A DNA stretch of 64,000 nt from NCBI GenBank assembly GCA_964016885.1, contig OZ024742.1, forward strand, positions 321,718,001 through 321,782,000, in the 5' to 3' direction. The stretch is from Eledone cirrhosa. Lineage: Eukaryota. A program made the translations under genes and the position numbers. Positions 61,600 through 64,000 of this stretch are shown piece by piece; within the stretch, counting starts at the first letter, position 1, and every line of letters starts with the position of its first letter. The notes under the pieces are model-generated. The model worked only from the letters and a program-made list of their open reading frames with translations. It had not been told where the DNA came from and did not search any database.

Positions 61600-61605
<6 letters not shown>
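59005..61605 (+). mobile_element. 5'-truncated Penelope-like element with a long 3'UTR/pseudo-LTR
   Basis: RT and GIY-YIG ORFs, then about 1 kb of non-coding tail with a diverged ~140-bp duplication (61185-61455), ending at (TA)n. Confidence 0.9.
59046..60612 (+). pseudogene. Penelope RT-GIY-YIG polyprotein, broken by a deletion/frameshift at about 60260
   Basis: RLINP, FDINNYYSSI, FDVSMG, LYRDDGL, YRKP, SNHP, WFNPPY, CNCRNRADCPL, NIVYK / YIGLT..FKQR, CDLC and LNKKSE. Confidence 0.9.
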
Positions 61606-61630
<25 letters not shown>

Positions 61631-61772
61631 AGTAGAAGGGATATTTAATTTGTTGGAAATTCAACAAATATAAATGTTTATAACTGATTCAGAGCACTCG
61701 ACAGTTTTCTGGAGTAAATATTCAATCATATTAAATTCCTTGGTTATGTCAACATTTATAAAACAAACTTTG

Positions 61773-61834
61773 TATTTTATCTGATGAAAGCGTACCAAAG
61801 TTTTTGATACCCTTGAAATATATATAATAGAATA
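61773..61834 (+). ncRNA. Minimal type-I hammerhead ribozyme in a ~240-bp AT-rich structured element
   Basis: TATTTTAT-CTGATGA-AAG..GTA..CAAA..TTTG..TAC..CTT-GAAA-TATATA-TA-ATAGAATA. 8-bp stem I, extended by ATTTATAAAAC/GTTTTATAAAT. Confidence 0.75.
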
Positions 61835-61864
61835 AATATGGTTTTATAAATATAGCTTCTATTT

Positions 61865-61982
61865 ATTAATTCAAATCACGCCGAGATTAACTTTGCCTTT
61901 CATCCTTAAGAGGTCGACGAAATAAAGTACCAGTAATGCACTGAGATAATTGCTGGCCTTGTGCCAAAAGTAGAAACAATTA
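61865..61982 (+). mobile_element. 5'-truncated SINE
   Basis: Match to the 3' half of the 25703 family. Confidence 0.8.
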
Positions 61983-62099
61983 TATATATCTATATATACA
62001 GGTACTGTCTATCTGACAGACTTCCGTGTAGTTTCCGTCTACCCTCACTCACATTTTATAGGTGGACTTGAGATTGTGGTAAATGACTCATACCCAAGA

Positions 62100-62462
62100 T
62101 GTGTCACAGTATATTTACTGATAAAATGTCAGTCAATCATATTGATGGCCTCCCCACAGCCCCGACAGAGAGAATGGAGAAGGCGTTTCCCTGGAGGACT
62201 GAAAGGGAAACGCGCTGGAAAAGCCATTCCAGCTCGCGAGGCTCACACCTGCGGCTGGCCAACTCAGCGCCTATGGCGGTGAGTAGGGAGGTAGCCCTAG
62301 GGCTGAGGACACCAGAAGTCTCCACTGCCAAGGGTACGACCTCAAACCTGTCAGAGAGCGACCGGTATTTGAAGAGTTTGGCCTCCTCAGCCGGACGTGC
62401 AGCAGAACCTGGGTTAATCGCAGACTACACAAGGTTGCGGCTGGAGAAAGATGTCTGGAAAG
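62100..62462 (-). mobile_element. 3' end of a CRE-clade non-LTR retrotransposon (RLE C-terminus)
   Basis: GSAARPAEEAKLFKYRSL...VVPLAVETSGVL...LFQRVSLSVLQGNAFSIL. Confidence 0.8.
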
Positions 62463-64000
62463 ATGTGGTGGTGGTGGTGGTGGTGGTGGTGGTGGTGGTG
62501 GTGGTGGTGGTGGTGGTGGTGGTGGTGGTGGTGGTGGTGGTGGTGGTGGTGGTGGTGGCGGCGGTGGCGGTGGTGGTGGTGGTGGTGGTGGTGGTGGTGG
62601 TGGCGGTGGCTGTGGTGGTGGTGGTGGTGGTGGTGGTGGTGGTGGTGGTGGTGGTGGTGGTGGTGGTGGTGGTGGTGGTGGTAGTGGTGGTGGCGGTGGT
62701 AGTGGTGGGGTGGTGGTAGTGGCGGTGGTGGTGGTGGTGGTAGTGGCGGTGGTGGTGGTGGTAGTGGCGGTGGTGGTGGCGGCGGTGGCGGTGGTGGTGG
62801 TGGTGGTGGTGGTGGCGGCGGTGGCGGTGGTGGTGGTGGTGGTGGTGGTGGTGGTGGCGGTGGCTGTGGTGGTGGTGGTGGTGGTGGTGGTGGTGGTGGT
62901 GGTAGTGGTGGTGGCGGTGGTAGTGGTGGGGTGGTGGTAGTGGCGGTGGTGGTGGTGGTGGTAGTGGCGGTGGTGGTGGTGGTAGTGGCGGTGGTGGTAG
63001 TGTTGGTGGCGGTGGTGGTGGTGGTGGTGGTGGTGTTAGTGGCGGTGGTGGTGGTAGTGGCGGTGGTGGTGGTAGTGGCGGTGGTGGTGGTGGTGGTGGC
63101 GGTGGTGGTGGTAGTGGTGGTGGTGCTGGTGCTGGTGGTGGTGGTGGTGGTGGTGGTGGTGGTAGTGATGGTGGTGGTGGTGGTGGTGGTGGTGGTGGTG
63201 GTTGTGGTGGTGGTGGTGGTGGTGGCGGTGGTGGTAGTGATGGTGGTAGTGGTTGTGGTAGTGGTGGTGGTGGTGGTGATGGTGGTGGTGTTGGTGGTAG
63301 TAGTGGTGGTAGTAGTGGTGGTAGGGGGGTGGTAGTGGCGGTAGCGGCGGTGGTGTGGTGGTGCTGGTAGTGGTGGTGGTAGTGGTGGTGTTGGTTGTGG
63401 TAGTGGCGGTGGTGGTGGTGGTGGTGGCGGTGGTGGTGGTAGTGGTGGATGGTGCTGGTGATGGTGGTGGTGGTGGTGGTGGTGGTGGTGGTAGTGATGG
63501 TGGTGGTGGTGGTGGTGGTGGTGGTTGTGGTGGTGGTGGTGGTGGTGGTGGTGGTGGTAGTGATGGTGGTAGTGGTTGTGGTAGTGGTGGTGGTGGTGGT
63601 GATGGTGGTGGTGTTGGTGGTAGTAGTGGTGGTAGTAGTGGTGGTAGGGGGGTGGTAGTGGCGGTAGCGGCGGTGGTGTGGTGGTGCTGGTAGTGGTGGT
63701 GGTAGTGGTGGTGTTGGTTGTGGTGGTGGCGGTGGTAGTGGTGGTGGTGGTAGTGGCGGTGATGGTGGTGGTGGTGGTGGTGGTGGTGGTGGTTGTGGCG
63801 GTGATGGTGGTGGTAGCAGTGGTGGTGGTGGTGGTGGTGGTGGTAATGGCGGTGATGGTGGTGGTGGTGGTGGTAGTGGCGGTGATGGTGGTGGTGGTGG
63901 TGGTGGTGGTTGTGGCGGTGATGGTGGTGGTGGTGTTGGTGGTGGTGGTGGTTGTGGCGGTGATGGTGGTGGTAGCAGTGGTGGTGTTGGTGGTGGTGGT
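62463..64000. repeat. Degenerate (GGT)n tract running off the window
   Basis: Seen directly. Confidence 0.97.

Overview
Gene-poor, repeat-saturated eukaryotic DNA. The Meta-domain tRNA-SINEs, RTE, Penelope, R4/Dong and CRE retroelements and very long (TA)n/(CA)n/(CCA)n tracts suggest an octopus or other cephalopod genome (inference). No host protein-coding gene is supported, and almost all long ORFs in the track come from simple repeats. Real coding remnants are all from mobile elements: the 5' half of a Tx1/L1-type LINE, an R4/Dong RLE retrotransposon in (TAA)n, several Penelope-like elements (RT plus GIY-YIG), an RTE fragment with non-autonomous derivatives, an internally deleted mariner and a CRE tail. 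The most notable feature is a roughly 2.46 kb array at 56327-58784 of apparently identical 310-bp non-coding units. Each unit carries a minimal type-I hammerhead ribozyme, and about 4 copies on one strand are fused to about 4 on the other, forming a palindromic retrozyme-like locus beside a Penelope ORF. Several other hammerhead-bearing small elements sit in (TA)n tracts. One LTR remnant has a 38-nt tRNA-Trp primer-binding site, much longer than the usual 18 nt. All calls were made by eye with no searches run, so boundaries are approximate.
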